Source of the DNA: a bacterium
GTDB lineage: Bacteria; Babelota; Babeliae; Babelales; Vermiphilaceae
Length of the DNA: 64,000 nucleotides
NCBI GenBank assembly: GCA_021818945.1
Contig: JAKASV010000002.1
Coordinates: 721 to 64,720, forward strand
Direction: 5' to 3'
Shown here: positions 33,968-43,264 of the stretch, one piece after another
Layout of the letters: the number at the start of each line of letters is the position of its first letter
Position numbering within the stretch: position 1 is the first letter of the stretch
Made by a program: the position numbers and the translations under genes
The notes under the pieces: model-generated
Databases searched by the model: none
Told to the model about the DNA's origin: nothing
Seen by the model: the letters and a program-made list of their open reading frames with translations, nothing else

Positions 33968-34531
33968 GTGTATTCAACTTCCGATTTCAGAAAAGGACTA
34001 AAAATTCTTTTCCGTGATGAACCATATATGATCCTTGAATATCAATTGGTAAAGCCAGGAAAAGGCGGTACCTATTTGAAAACAAAGATGAAAAATATGC
34101 TCACCGGACTTGTTCATGAAGAAACCTTCAGATCGACTGAAAAATTTCCAGAACCCAACCTCGCTTACAAAGAAGTAGCATATCTGTATTCAGATAATGA
34201 TCTGTATAATTTCTTGGATCAAGAAAATTACGAAGAAATCTCTCTTGATAAAGATCATCTTGATGAAGTATTACCATATCTTAAAGAGCAATCTGTTTAT
34301 ACCGTGCTTTATTTCAACGGTAATCCTATCTCAGTGACACCTCCTATGTTCATGGAACTCAAGGTTATGGAGACTACCCCTGGCGTCAAAGGCGATACGG
34401 CGCAAGGAGCGGGCAGTAAACCTGCAACTCTTGAAACCGGCCTGGTTCTTCAAGTGCCACTTTTTGTTCAAGAAGGCGATCTGATCAAGGTTGATACACG
34501 CGATTGCAAGTATATTGAACGAATTAAATAA
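33968..34531 (+). CDS. efp: elongation factor P
   Basis: SDFRKGLKI..KPGKGGTYLKTKMKNMLTG with the typical three-domain length. It has a GTG start. Confidence 0.9.
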   Translation: MYSTSDFRKGLKILFRDEPYMILEYQLVKPGKGGTYLKTKMKNMLTGLVHEETFRSTEKFPEPNLAYKEVAYLYSDNDLYNFLDQENYEEISLDKDHLDEVLPYLKEQSVYTVLYFNGNPISVTPPMFMELKVMETTPGVKGDTAQGAGSKPATLETGLVLQVPLFVQEGDLIKVDTRDCKYIERIK

Positions 34532-34553
34532 ACATGTCACAGGATAGGGCACG

Positions 34554-35099
34554 ATGAAAAAAGAAGATCAAATCAAAGATACTAATCCTGACACTATTGA
34601 AATTGAAGAACCTGATTACGATACTGAAAGTGATGTCGCCTTATCGTATGAAAAATTTTCGCGTCGCGAGATTCGTTCAATTATTTTTCATCTGCTCTAT
34701 GCCATGGAAACATTTGAATACGAAACATCCATGTCAGAAATTGTCGATAATTTCAATCGCGGCTTTGCTCTTGATATTCCCAAAGATAGCGAGGTCTGCA
34801 GCGTAGCCCAGGCAGTCATAGATTCACGTGAAAAATTGGATGAAATAATTAAGCCGTTGCTCATAAATTGGCGTTTTGATCGCTTAGGGGTATGCACTAA
34901 ATTGATCTTACGTTTAGCTATTTGGGAACTTTTAAATACGCAAGAGCCCCATAGCATTATCATTAACGAAGCAATAGAACTAGCCAAATGCTTTTCAGAA
35001 ACTGATGCCTATAAATTCATTAATGGTATTTTGGACGAAGCTGTAAAGATTATTCGACCTGACGCTCAATCAGCAGAAAAAACTCAGAGTGATATCTAA
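34554..35099 (+). CDS. nusB: transcription antitermination factor NusB (with acidic N-terminal extension)
   Basis: REIRSIIFHLLYAMETFE, LAIWELL, IINEAIELAK and KFINGILD. Confidence 0.85.
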   Translation: MKKEDQIKDTNPDTIEIEEPDYDTESDVALSYEKFSRREIRSIIFHLLYAMETFEYETSMSEIVDNFNRGFALDIPKDSEVCSVAQAVIDSREKLDEIIKPLLINWRFDRLGVCTKLILRLAIWELLNTQEPHSIIINEAIELAKCFSETDAYKFINGILDEAVKIIRPDAQSAEKTQSDI

Positions 35100-37471
35100 C
35101 AAGATGCTAATCGATGATATTCTTCTATAACTTGCATCTGCTCAAAATATACAGCCAGGGCAACTTGAGTGCGCTGCTGTTCTATCTGTTGCATAAACCA
35201 TTGCAATCTCGGTTGAGTTGAACTTGATATTTTCCACAGCTCTTGCTTCATTAACTGATTACAGATCTCAAGACCTAGCCCATACACATACCATTTTTCA
35301 TGATTAATAAGCATAGCCATAATAAAATCAGCCGCTTGAATTTGACCTTCTTTGATCATTTCAGTTAAAAGATGGACAAAAAAGTTTCGTATCTCCTGTA
35401 CAAGAGCTACCTCGGTCCCTTCAAGATTTTGCTTATGGGCAATACTTTCAATACAAGCCAAAACAGACTCTGATGCTCGACTTGCATGCACATACAGACC
35501 TACACTCGCTAGGTAGTCAATGACACTTATCCCGGCTCTTTTTGCTGCGATATCATCAATAGTTAGTAACCGAGTTGCCCCATTTAAGCTTACCTGATGA
35601 TACTCCATGTCGACAAAACGATTCATCACAGTCACAAGATCGGTAAAATATATACACTCGTTCTTGTGTTTACATACTTCTATAAGTTCATGCAGTACCT
35701 GTGTATCATGAATATGGGCGACATAGTTCAGATAAGTTTCCTTTTTAATTGACCGAATACGTACCCGTGCTAAATCTTCTTGAATAAATACGCGAGGATC
35801 AATGCTCGGAACTGATAGATCCAGACTATGGAAAAAATCAGCTAATGCAGATGATAAAGAATCTTCAGTTTCTTTACCATCGGTGGCGTAAGACAATGAT
35901 TCAGGATCAGCTTTTGTTTCCCAAAAGACACGACACACAGCTTGAGCATATTCATTTTCAGTGACAACTTCATCTTGCAAAAAAGCTCGTACGATAGGTA
36001 ATGATGCAGTCATGCGATGAAATGTTCCCTCCGCACTTTGATACAGAATAAGGACCTTGTGTTGTCCATACTTGAGCATCCCCTTCTGAATAACTATTCC
36101 CTTGGCAATTGTAGATTCATTGCGCTCATCTGATACCAGCCGGTTGATAAACCAGGCTTTATCAGATACTCCAAAACTTGAAGCTCCCTCATAGTTACGA
36201 ATTATTTCTTTTAAAAAACAGCCTTCCAGCCAGTTCACCAATGTCTGTTCATCTATCTGTGGTACCTGCACTTCGCCTAAAAAGTGTCCGGCCTTACCAA
36301 AGATTTTAGAAACACATTGGACGCATGGTTCAAAAGATTCAAAAACAATTTTCGTATTATTGAGAACACAGGGATAGAACAATAGATGATGCAGATCAGA
36401 TGGTACTGGAATACGACTACATTGATGGTTAATAACCTGGACTCCTTGCACGGGCACACTTATAGCTGTTTGTGAATCAGGCAACCTCAATAAAGGATAA
36501 TTAGGAGCAGCAACCACATTCTTGAGTCCATAGACGGACTTTGAGAGTAACTCAGCTAATAGGTCGCCATCCTTGTTATTTTCTAACCACTGTCTAATAA
36601 TTGAAAAAAAGGTTTTCACTGAAGGACCGTCGCCAATAATTGCTGATACGGCACTATCAGTCGTTCCTTGTACCATAATCGGAAATTGAATAGGAATATT
36701 AGCATCGATACAGCGTTCATCGTCAACTGATCCGGAAAGAATTCGATTTATATTAAAAAAGTTACAACCGGCAGCATAACAGCTTGCTATATGCAAAAAT
36801 TTTGTGTTTATAGCATTAAGCATCTGTAAAAAGTTAACAAATTGCCAGACAGTAAGACTGGCTACCAATGGCATCGACCATTTAAAATCTTTAATCTCAT
36901 CAAGAGCATCAATACCATGGCTAATCAAATAGATATGCTTTGCGATAGGCTCATAACCTATATCTTGTTGCCTAAATAAGTTCCTAAAATGTTCAATTTC
37001 AATCAGATGACATGCCCACTTTTGTGCAGAAAATTGCATGAGCCTATCCGGCTCTATACGGGTCAAATGCGACTCTTGGAACCCAATGTCCTTCAGCCCT
37101 TTTGACTTAGTGTTAGGGACCAATACGACAAAATCTTCATCTTGGCACAAAAAAATGGAATAATTACGGGTAATTCTATCTAAACATTCACTGATTATAT
37201 CTTGCCCAGTTCGTTGCCGCTTTAATAGCCCATAGATAATCGAAGGCGATACTACAACAACTTGTTCATCCTTACAGGCAGCAAAGAGTTCATTGCAGCA
37301 AGGCTCATGAGTAACATGGTCAACCTTTAAAACTTCTTCACAACCGGTGGCCAGGACAACAACAAGATCCAATACGTCATTGGGTTTTGAATGTAGAGGA
37401 GCATGTACAAAAGTAGCCATAAAGCATATACAAATGTGCAGTGCGCGCCATAATGTGCCAAATTTGATCAT
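35096..37471 (-). CDS. hypothetical secreted protein with a caspase-fold-like His/Cys dyad
   Basis: Signal-like N-terminus. KHIYLISHGID is followed about 45 aa later by FLHIASCYAAGCN, resembling the H-G ... (A/S)-C pattern of clan CD peptidases. Confidence 0.35.
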   Translation of the reverse strand: MIKFGTLWRALHICICFMATFVHAPLHSKPNDVLDLVVVLATGCEEVLKVDHVTHEPCCNELFAACKDEQVVVVSPSIIYGLLKRQRTGQDIISECLDRITRNYSIFLCQDEDFVVLVPNTKSKGLKDIGFQESHLTRIEPDRLMQFSAQKWACHLIEIEHFRNLFRQQDIGYEPIAKHIYLISHGIDALDEIKDFKWSMPLVASLTVWQFVNFLQMLNAINTKFLHIASCYAAGCNFFNINRILSGSVDDERCIDANIPIQFPIMVQGTTDSAVSAIIGDGPSVKTFFSIIRQWLENNKDGDLLAELLSKSVYGLKNVVAAPNYPLLRLPDSQTAISVPVQGVQVINHQCSRIPVPSDLHHLLFYPCVLNNTKIVFESFEPCVQCVSKIFGKAGHFLGEVQVPQIDEQTLVNWLEGCFLKEIIRNYEGASSFGVSDKAWFINRLVSDERNESTIAKGIVIQKGMLKYGQHKVLILYQSAEGTFHRMTASLPIVRAFLQDEVVTENEYAQAVCRVFWETKADPESLSYATDGKETEDSLSSALADFFHSLDLSVPSIDPRVFIQEDLARVRIRSIKKETYLNYVAHIHDTQVLHELIEVCKHKNECIYFTDLVTVMNRFVDMEYHQVSLNGATRLLTIDDIAAKRAGISVIDYLASVGLYVHASRASESVLACIESIAHKQNLEGTEVALVQEIRNFFVHLLTEMIKEGQIQAADFIMAMLINHEKWYVYGLGLEICNQLMKQELWKISSSTQPRLQWFMQQIEQQRTQVALAVYFEQMQVIEEYHRLASC

Positions 37472-37610
37472 AGAATTCCCCCCAGAAACCAGCCTTGCCC
37501 ATTTTTATAAATATTTATATATTCTAATTGAATATATCATATCAAAAAAAGTTTGTTTTTGCAAGACAGTCGCGCTGGCAACTGGCGATTGTATGAAAAA
37601 CACTTTATCT

Positions 37611-37779
37611 TAAAGCCTGAAAATGACTCTCCTGGCCGTTCGTGGTGAGGGCCCGCAGGGCGCGTCTCTAACCATGCGGCCATACATAAACTCTCTTATT
37701 TGCACGTATTTCAGGAGAGTCCATGCTTCATCGGGTAGGAAGAGCTCACCCAAGGTCATAACCTAACAGGTCTGGACCT
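37611..37779. ncRNA. GC-rich structured intergenic element, unclassified
   Basis: A 10-bp perfect stem gactctcctg (37625-34) / caggagagtc (37712-21) encloses nested GC helices (ggccg/cggcc and gccc-gca-gggc). Local GC content is far above the flanking sequence. Confidence 0.35.
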
Positions 37780-37806
37780 AAAAAAAGGGCCGCCTTGCGA
37801 CGACCC
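37780..37806 (-). terminator. intrinsic terminator of ndk
   Basis: On the minus strand the sequence is GGGUCGUC-GCAA-GGCGGCCC (8 bp, GNRA loop) followed by U7. It lies 30 nt after the ndk stop. Confidence 0.8.
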
Positions 37807-37836
37807 ATCTTGGCTTGCCTGTTAAAAAGCAGCTTT

Positions 37837-38241
37837 TTATAGATCAGGAAAGAAAAATGCTAATTCTTGCACTGCTGTTGCCGGTGAATCAGAACCATGG
37901 GTAGCATTAGATCCAATGCTTATGCCATACAGATTTCTGATAGTCCCAGGCGCAGCATTGGCTGGATTTGTATCACCCATTAATTCACGCCAGGCCTTTA
38001 TTGCCCCGTCTTTTTCTAAGGCTAGAACAATAATAGGGCCTGAGATCATCATGCAGACAAGTTCTTCAAAGAAAGACTTACCTTTATGGATTGCATAAAA
38101 ACGTTCAGCTTGATCCCGTGACAACTTAGTTTTGTACATGCGGACAATATTAAAATCATTATTTTCAATGATATCGATAATATTGCCTGTATGCTTAGCG
38201 GCAACGGCATCAGGCTTAATAATCGCTAGTGTTCTTTCCAT
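37837..38241 (-). CDS. ndk: nucleoside diphosphate kinase
   Basis: MERTLAIIKPDAV.. and NATHGSDS (active-site His). Confidence 0.95.
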   Translation of the reverse strand: MERTLAIIKPDAVAAKHTGNIIDIIENNDFNIVRMYKTKLSRDQAERFYAIHKGKSFFEELVCMMISGPIIVLALEKDGAIKAWRELMGDTNPANAAPGTIRNLYGISIGSNATHGSDSPATAVQELAFFFPDL

Positions 38242-38260
38242 GAGCTGTTCATTCCTTCGT

Positions 38261-40105
38261 TTATTCTACTTCTTCAGTTTTGACATCGGCGGATGTTGCT
38301 TCTTGCTGACGAGCTACATGCTTTTCAAGCTCTATCTGGAAGAGACTCTTAGGTTTTGCAACAGTTGGTTGTTCAACCTTTGGCGCTTTGACTGCACGAG
38401 CCTTTTTCTCAGTAACCTTGGATGCTTCAACAGCTGGTACTTCGACTTTTTTCTCTTCGCGAGGTTGACGTAAGCTGAGCCCCAAACGACGTTCATTACG
38501 GTTTACATTGATAACGCGGAACTGCTTTTTGTCGCCCAGTTTTAGTACATCGTCAACCTTGTCGACATTCTGATCAGAAAGCTCAGATATATGAACAAGA
38601 CCTTCGACACCAATTGGCAACCTGATAAAGGCGCCAAAATTGGTAATACGAGATACTTCTCCCTCGATGACACTGCCAACCGGATATTCTTTTTCAATAG
38701 ATTCCCAAGGATCTTGTGTCAATTGCTTGATCCCCAAAGAAACCTTCTTCTTTTCAGGATCAACACTCAGAACAACAGCTTCAATCTCTTGGCCTTTTTT
38801 GTAAATATCTGCTGGATGATCAATATGCTCTGTCCAAGACAAGTCTGAAATATGAGCAAGTCCATCAACACCAGGTAATAATTCTATAAATACACCAAAA
38901 TCGGTAATGTTGCTGATCTTGCCTTTGATCTTCTGGCCGACTTTGAATTGTTCGCCGATAGATTCCCAAGGATTCTTTTCAAGACGTTTGACACTCAAGG
39001 ACATACGACGATTTTCTTTGTCAAGGGACACAGTGTACGCGTCAATCTCGTCACCAACTTTGTATTTGTCTTTAAGATCATTGATTCTGTCAGTCCAAGA
39101 AATCTCAGAAATATGAACAAGACCTTCGACCCCTTTGGCAACTTCTACAAACAACCCATAATTGGTAATGCTTGAAACAATACCTTTAACTCTGGCATTT
39201 GGCTGGAATTCAGCACCAAGTGCTTCCCAAGGATTACTAATTAATTGCTTGAGACCAAGTGAGATTTTTTCATGTTCTTTATCAAAGGAAAGAACTTTTA
39301 CCGCAATGGTATCACCGATCTTGATAATTTCACTTGGATGTCCAATGCGACCCCAGGTCATATCAGTGATGTGAAGCAATCCATCAACACCCCCAATATC
39401 CACAAATGCGCCATAGTTGGTAATATTCTTGACCACTCCATTGATAATCTGCCCTTCTGCAAGAGTATCAAGTACTTTGCGACGGACATCTGAACGCTGG
39501 TCTGAAAGGTATTTTCTGCGGGAAATAATAACATTGCCACGTTTTTTATTGATCTTGATAATGTTAGCAGTTATTGATTGACCTAGATACTGATCAAAAT
39601 CCATAACCTTTTGCAGATCAATTTGTGAGCCAGGCAAAAATGCAGGAATACCAATATCGACACTCAAGCCACCCTTGACTTTGTGAGTAACAGTGCCTTC
39701 AATTGGCTTATTTTCTTCAAAGTATTGGGTAATAGAATCCCAAGCCTTGAGTGCGCGTGCCTTTTCGTAGGAAAGAATAACGTTACCATCGACGCTTTCT
39801 AATTCGTCAATGAGCACTTCGATTTCATTTCCGGGAACAAGCCTTTTGATTTCGTGCTCACCAAATTCGTATCTTGGAATCAGGCCATCTGATTTGTAGG
39901 CTATATCAACTAATACGCCGTCAGAATCAATCCTTATGATACGTCCCTTGACAACATTGCCTTGTTTAAAATTGCCAAAGATACCCTCACATAATTCTGC
40001 CAGTTCTTTGCGTTGCTCATCACTGAGTTGCAACGCCTCATCGATCATGCCAACCGAGGTAGGAACTTTACCAAATTGTTCGGGATGTATCAGTTCTTTT
40101 GACAT
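38261..40105 (-). CDS. rpsA: 30S ribosomal protein S1
   Basis: Six S1/OB repeats (G.V...T.FGAFV..G.DGL.HIS). Confidence 0.95.
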   Translation of the reverse strand: MSKELIHPEQFGKVPTSVGMIDEALQLSDEQRKELAELCEGIFGNFKQGNVVKGRIIRIDSDGVLVDIAYKSDGLIPRYEFGEHEIKRLVPGNEIEVLIDELESVDGNVILSYEKARALKAWDSITQYFEENKPIEGTVTHKVKGGLSVDIGIPAFLPGSQIDLQKVMDFDQYLGQSITANIIKINKKRGNVIISRRKYLSDQRSDVRRKVLDTLAEGQIINGVVKNITNYGAFVDIGGVDGLLHITDMTWGRIGHPSEIIKIGDTIAVKVLSFDKEHEKISLGLKQLISNPWEALGAEFQPNARVKGIVSSITNYGLFVEVAKGVEGLVHISEISWTDRINDLKDKYKVGDEIDAYTVSLDKENRRMSLSVKRLEKNPWESIGEQFKVGQKIKGKISNITDFGVFIELLPGVDGLAHISDLSWTEHIDHPADIYKKGQEIEAVVLSVDPEKKKVSLGIKQLTQDPWESIEKEYPVGSVIEGEVSRITNFGAFIRLPIGVEGLVHISELSDQNVDKVDDVLKLGDKKQFRVINVNRNERRLGLSLRQPREEKKVEVPAVEASKVTEKKARAVKAPKVEQPTVAKPKSLFQIELEKHVARQQEATSADVKTEEVE

Positions 40106-40324
40106 AGAGAAACTCCACTGCTAACCGAATGGCTAGCTCTCTTTTTTCAAAGAGGAGGGTTAAAGGTTTAACATATAAAACATAGACATATTGTATCATA
40201 AGTTTATAAACAGGGCAAACAAAATATATAAAATTATATTTCTAACAGACTTTTGTTTAAAAGAATTATTCGAAAATAGCTACCAGGCATAAAAATTCGG
40301 TATAATTTCTAATAGAAAAATGAC

Positions 40325-40353
40325 TTGACATTTTTGTCTGTTTGCTTTAATAT
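40325..40353 (+). promoter_or_regulatory. sigma70-like promoter candidate for the PheS-family gene
   Basis: TTGACA (40325-30), 17 nt, TAATAT (40348-53). This implies a leader of about 230 nt. Confidence 0.4.
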
Positions 40354-40590
40354 AATAATGATATTTAAGTGATATTTTTACAATCAGAATTTTGGGATCA
40401 TGTATGATTCATAGAATTTTATATCTCTCTGGTGCCCGATTTACAAACCCCTTGAGCCAGTTGGCATTCAGGGGTCATTCTGCCACGTCCTAATTACTAA
40501 ACACTCCTGTCTTTCCAACTCTCGTTCAAGGGGAATTTATCCCTCCCTTTTTTATATATTTTTAAGTTTTAATGTACAAGACCGAGAGGT

Positions 40591-41718
40591 ATGTGTATGA
40601 AAGTTTTAACATTAACCCTTGACGCTCTTCGTCAAGCACTCACTATTTCTGATTTAACTAATCCCGCAGATGGTCCGCATGCCATGCAAATCATTCTAAA
40701 CGACATAATTCAAGCGCTTGAAACTGCCTGGCAATGCAATACGATGATGTATAGAGAGTCACCTATAGTCTCTATTGAAGATAACTACGATTGTCTTAAA
40801 TACCCCAAAGATGGGGCTTCACGTGAAGCCCGTTATACACGGTATGTCTGTCAAACTGCCCTATTGAGGACCCAGACATCAGCGATGATCCCTGCTGCAT
40901 TGCAATTGCTTGCAAAAAACCTCCCAACAGACTGTCTCATTGCATGTCCAGGGCTGGTGTATAGACGAGACTGCATAGATTGTATACACACAGGCGAGCC
41001 CCATCAAGTCGATTTATGGCGTGTGAGCTCCACAACAAAACTTAGGCAAAGCGACTTGCTTGATATGATAAAAATAATAGTACAAACAGCATTGCCAGGC
41101 TACCAATGGCGCACAGAACCACGTGTTCATCCCTATACCCTGAATGGTCTTCAGATTGATGTATGGTGCAATGGTCAATGGGTTGAGATTGGTGAATGCG
41201 GCTTGGCACATCCCGATATTTTGGCAGAGAACATTCCCCATGCTCAAAAACTTTCAGGATTGGCCTGTGGATTGGGCCTTGATCGCATATTAATGCTCCG
41301 CAAAGGCATAAAGGATATACGATTACTGCGCTCTACTGATCCAAGGGTGAAAATTCAAATGAATGATCTTTTACCTTATAAGGAAGTGTCCTGCATGCCC
41401 CCTGTCACACGTGATCTGTCAATCGTTATTGATCAAGACAAAACATTGGAAGATTTGGGCGATCGCGTCAGGGAATCCTTGGGATCTGATGCACCTATTG
41501 TTGAATGCATAACAGTTTTGTCACAAACACCCTACAAAGAGCTGCCAGAATGTGCAATTAAAAAACTTGGCATCACTGAAGGTCAAAAGAATCTCTTGGT
41601 ACGTATTATTCTAAGAGCTTTAGATCGCACATTAACCCGCGAAGAATGCAATCGCTATCGTGACCAGATTTATGCTGCAATCCATGAAGGATCGATATAC
41701 GATTGGACATCAAAATAA
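40591..41718 (+). CDS. PheS-family class II aminoacyl-tRNA ligase fused to a C-terminal FDX-ACB-like domain (monomeric, mitochondrial-type architecture)
   Basis: Motif 2 is GLVYRRDCIDCIHTGEPHQVDLW and motif 3 is GLACGLGLDRILMLRKGIKDIRLL. The C-terminus VTRDLSIVIDQD..LLVRIILRALDRTLTREECN resembles the PheT B8/FDX-ACB domain. The start is probably ATG 40597. Confidence 0.6.
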   Translation: MCMKVLTLTLDALRQALTISDLTNPADGPHAMQIILNDIIQALETAWQCNTMMYRESPIVSIEDNYDCLKYPKDGASREARYTRYVCQTALLRTQTSAMIPAALQLLAKNLPTDCLIACPGLVYRRDCIDCIHTGEPHQVDLWRVSSTTKLRQSDLLDMIKIIVQTALPGYQWRTEPRVHPYTLNGLQIDVWCNGQWVEIGECGLAHPDILAENIPHAQKLSGLACGLGLDRILMLRKGIKDIRLLRSTDPRVKIQMNDLLPYKEVSCMPPVTRDLSIVIDQDKTLEDLGDRVRESLGSDAPIVECITVLSQTPYKELPECAIKKLGITEGQKNLLVRIILRALDRTLTREECNRYRDQIYAAIHEGSIYDWTSK

Positions 41719-41883
41719 CGAGTAGAATTGGCAATCATTATCAGTTGTGCGTTTTATGTAGTTGATTACACAAAACGCACAACTTTATTGAAAGCTCTTT
41801 TAATTATTTCGTTGACAATCAATAATTTTAAAGATAAAATACATAATAATAGAGTATTTATTATGTCATCATTAGGTGTTAAA

Positions 41884-42426
41884 ATGAAAAAAGTAAACAA
41901 AACTTGCTTTGCCATTCTGGGAATGCTTTTTGACAAATCTAGAACTGGGTATGAGATTAAAAAGTTCATGCAAGAATCTACCGCGCATTTTTGGCAAGAA
42001 TCTGATGCTTCGATTTATCCAATGCTCAAAAAACTTGAAGCTGAAGGCAAAGTAGAATCTCAAACTACTCGCAAAGGTAAGCTTGAACGCGTACGGTATA
42101 CCATTACACAAACGGGAAAAAAAGAATTTTCGATTTGGATGACCAAAGAGGTAGAACCCGGTACCCACCGCGACGAGCTTCTTTTAAAACTCTTTTTTGG
42201 GGCAAACGCATCCAAAGAAGAAATAATTAAGCATCTGTTGTTACGGCAAAAAAAAGTCGGAGAACTACAAAAAAAATATGCTTATATCCAGATGTTTATA
42301 TTCCCCGAGGTAGCACCAGATTATAAACATAAACTTTTTTGGCAAATGGCACTCAGGAATGGAGTTATAAATGCTGACGCAGAATTTAAATGGATCGAAG
42401 AATGTCTAGATATGTTAAAAAAATGA
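41884..42426 (+). CDS. PadR-family transcriptional regulator
   Basis: FAILGMLFDKSRTGYEIKKFM..SDASIYPMLKKLEAEGKV. The ORF-track start at 41728 is an AT-rich extension. ATG 41884 has AGGTG upstream, and ATG 41863 is an alternative. Confidence 0.75.
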   Translation: MKKVNKTCFAILGMLFDKSRTGYEIKKFMQESTAHFWQESDASIYPMLKKLEAEGKVESQTTRKGKLERVRYTITQTGKKEFSIWMTKEVEPGTHRDELLLKLFFGANASKEEIIKHLLLRQKKVGELQKKYAYIQMFIFPEVAPDYKHKLFWQMALRNGVINADAEFKWIEECLDMLKK

Positions 42427-42455
42427 TAACTAATACAAATAAATGGAGTTAAAAA

Positions 42456-43241
42456 ATGTTCAAACGCATAGATAAAATTTCACATGACAAACAAACACAT
42501 CACTGGCTTGCCAACCAATTTTTACTTTTTAGTATAGGCACCTATACTACTCTTGTAGGAATTACCGTCATTTCTTTCCTTGGAGTTAGGCTGGGTATTG
42601 GGGCACAACTAAGCACTTTTGCAGGGTTTTTGATCACCATTCTTGCACGAACATTCTATGAGCAGCTGGTGATTTTCAGCATACCAACAACAGCATTAGA
42701 ACCCGGTAAGAATATCCTGTTTGCAGGCAGCTATGCAACCATAATGTCCTTTGTCTTTTATGCCATCAGGGGCCCCCAATGCTATTGGGGCATCCCCATA
42801 GCATTGGTCATTACGCAAGCGGTCATCAAGCCGCTCAAAGCATACTTGTGGCCCGCAAAACCAAGATCTGAGCTTTACGCGCTGTATGCCGCAAAACAAG
42901 GTTCGTTTATGGTAAGTCTTTATGGTTTTTTTGGATTACTCGCTTTTATCGCTGTAACTGGAGTCAAAACCTTCCATCTGGATTTCATATATGCTTTCAG
43001 CTCGGCAGTTTTTATCGCTCTTATTGCATCAGTATTATTTGAATTACATTACTTATATGAGCAAAGATTCAGTATAGCGATCATTGCCAGGTGGATACTT
43101 ATTACATTAAGCTTAGCAGTCATAAGCGCAACAGCTGTTATAGCAGCTGTCAAATTTGGTATATCAGGCCAAGCTGCTACCATTAGTGCGTGCATTGCTA
43201 TTAAAATTTTAGAACAATACCTCTTAAATCGGTCATTATAG
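42456..43241 (+). CDS. polytopic membrane protein, hypothetical (co-oriented with padR)
   Basis: 261 aa with about 7 hydrophobic helices. Confidence 0.5.
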   Translation: MFKRIDKISHDKQTHHWLANQFLLFSIGTYTTLVGITVISFLGVRLGIGAQLSTFAGFLITILARTFYEQLVIFSIPTTALEPGKNILFAGSYATIMSFVFYAIRGPQCYWGIPIALVITQAVIKPLKAYLWPAKPRSELYALYAAKQGSFMVSLYGFFGLLAFIAVTGVKTFHLDFIYAFSSAVFIALIASVLFELHYLYEQRFSIAIIARWILITLSLAVISATAVIAAVKFGISGQAATISACIAIKILEQYLLNRSL

Positions 43242-43264
43242 GCGTCATTAACATAGGAGCATTT

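Noticed and set aside
37347-37613. An 88-aa plus-strand ORF spanning the start of the 791-aa gene and the intergenic region.
   Set aside because: It is antisense to a well-supported start region and extends into the structured non-coding island. It has no RBS.
37712-37825. Resemblance to RNase P RNA: CAGGAGAGUCCAUGCUUCAUCGGGUAGG resembles the P4/P5 5' strand (GAGGAAAGUCCAUGCU..), and UUGGCUUGCC resembles the P4 3' strand.
   Set aside because: Only ~90 nt separate the two strands, so there is no room for P5-P18. The 3' candidate overlaps the ndk terminator hairpin. The universally conserved GGAAAGUCC is not exact. The match is probably coincidental.
40425-40445. CUCUGGUGCCCGAU resembles the T-box core UGGNACCGCG. 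UGGU would fit a discriminator A, as in tRNA-Phe.
   Set aside because: It is an imperfect match. The only terminator-like hairpin is ~100 nt downstream rather than overlapping it, and I could not see a specifier loop or stem I features. It is kept only as a weak possibility under the leader finding.
41728-41883. The N-terminal 52-aa extension of the PadR ORF from a TTG start.
   Set aside because: The extension is AT-rich with low-complexity hydrophobic sequence and is absent from PadR proteins. Internal ATGs with an SD-like AGGTG give the canonical length.
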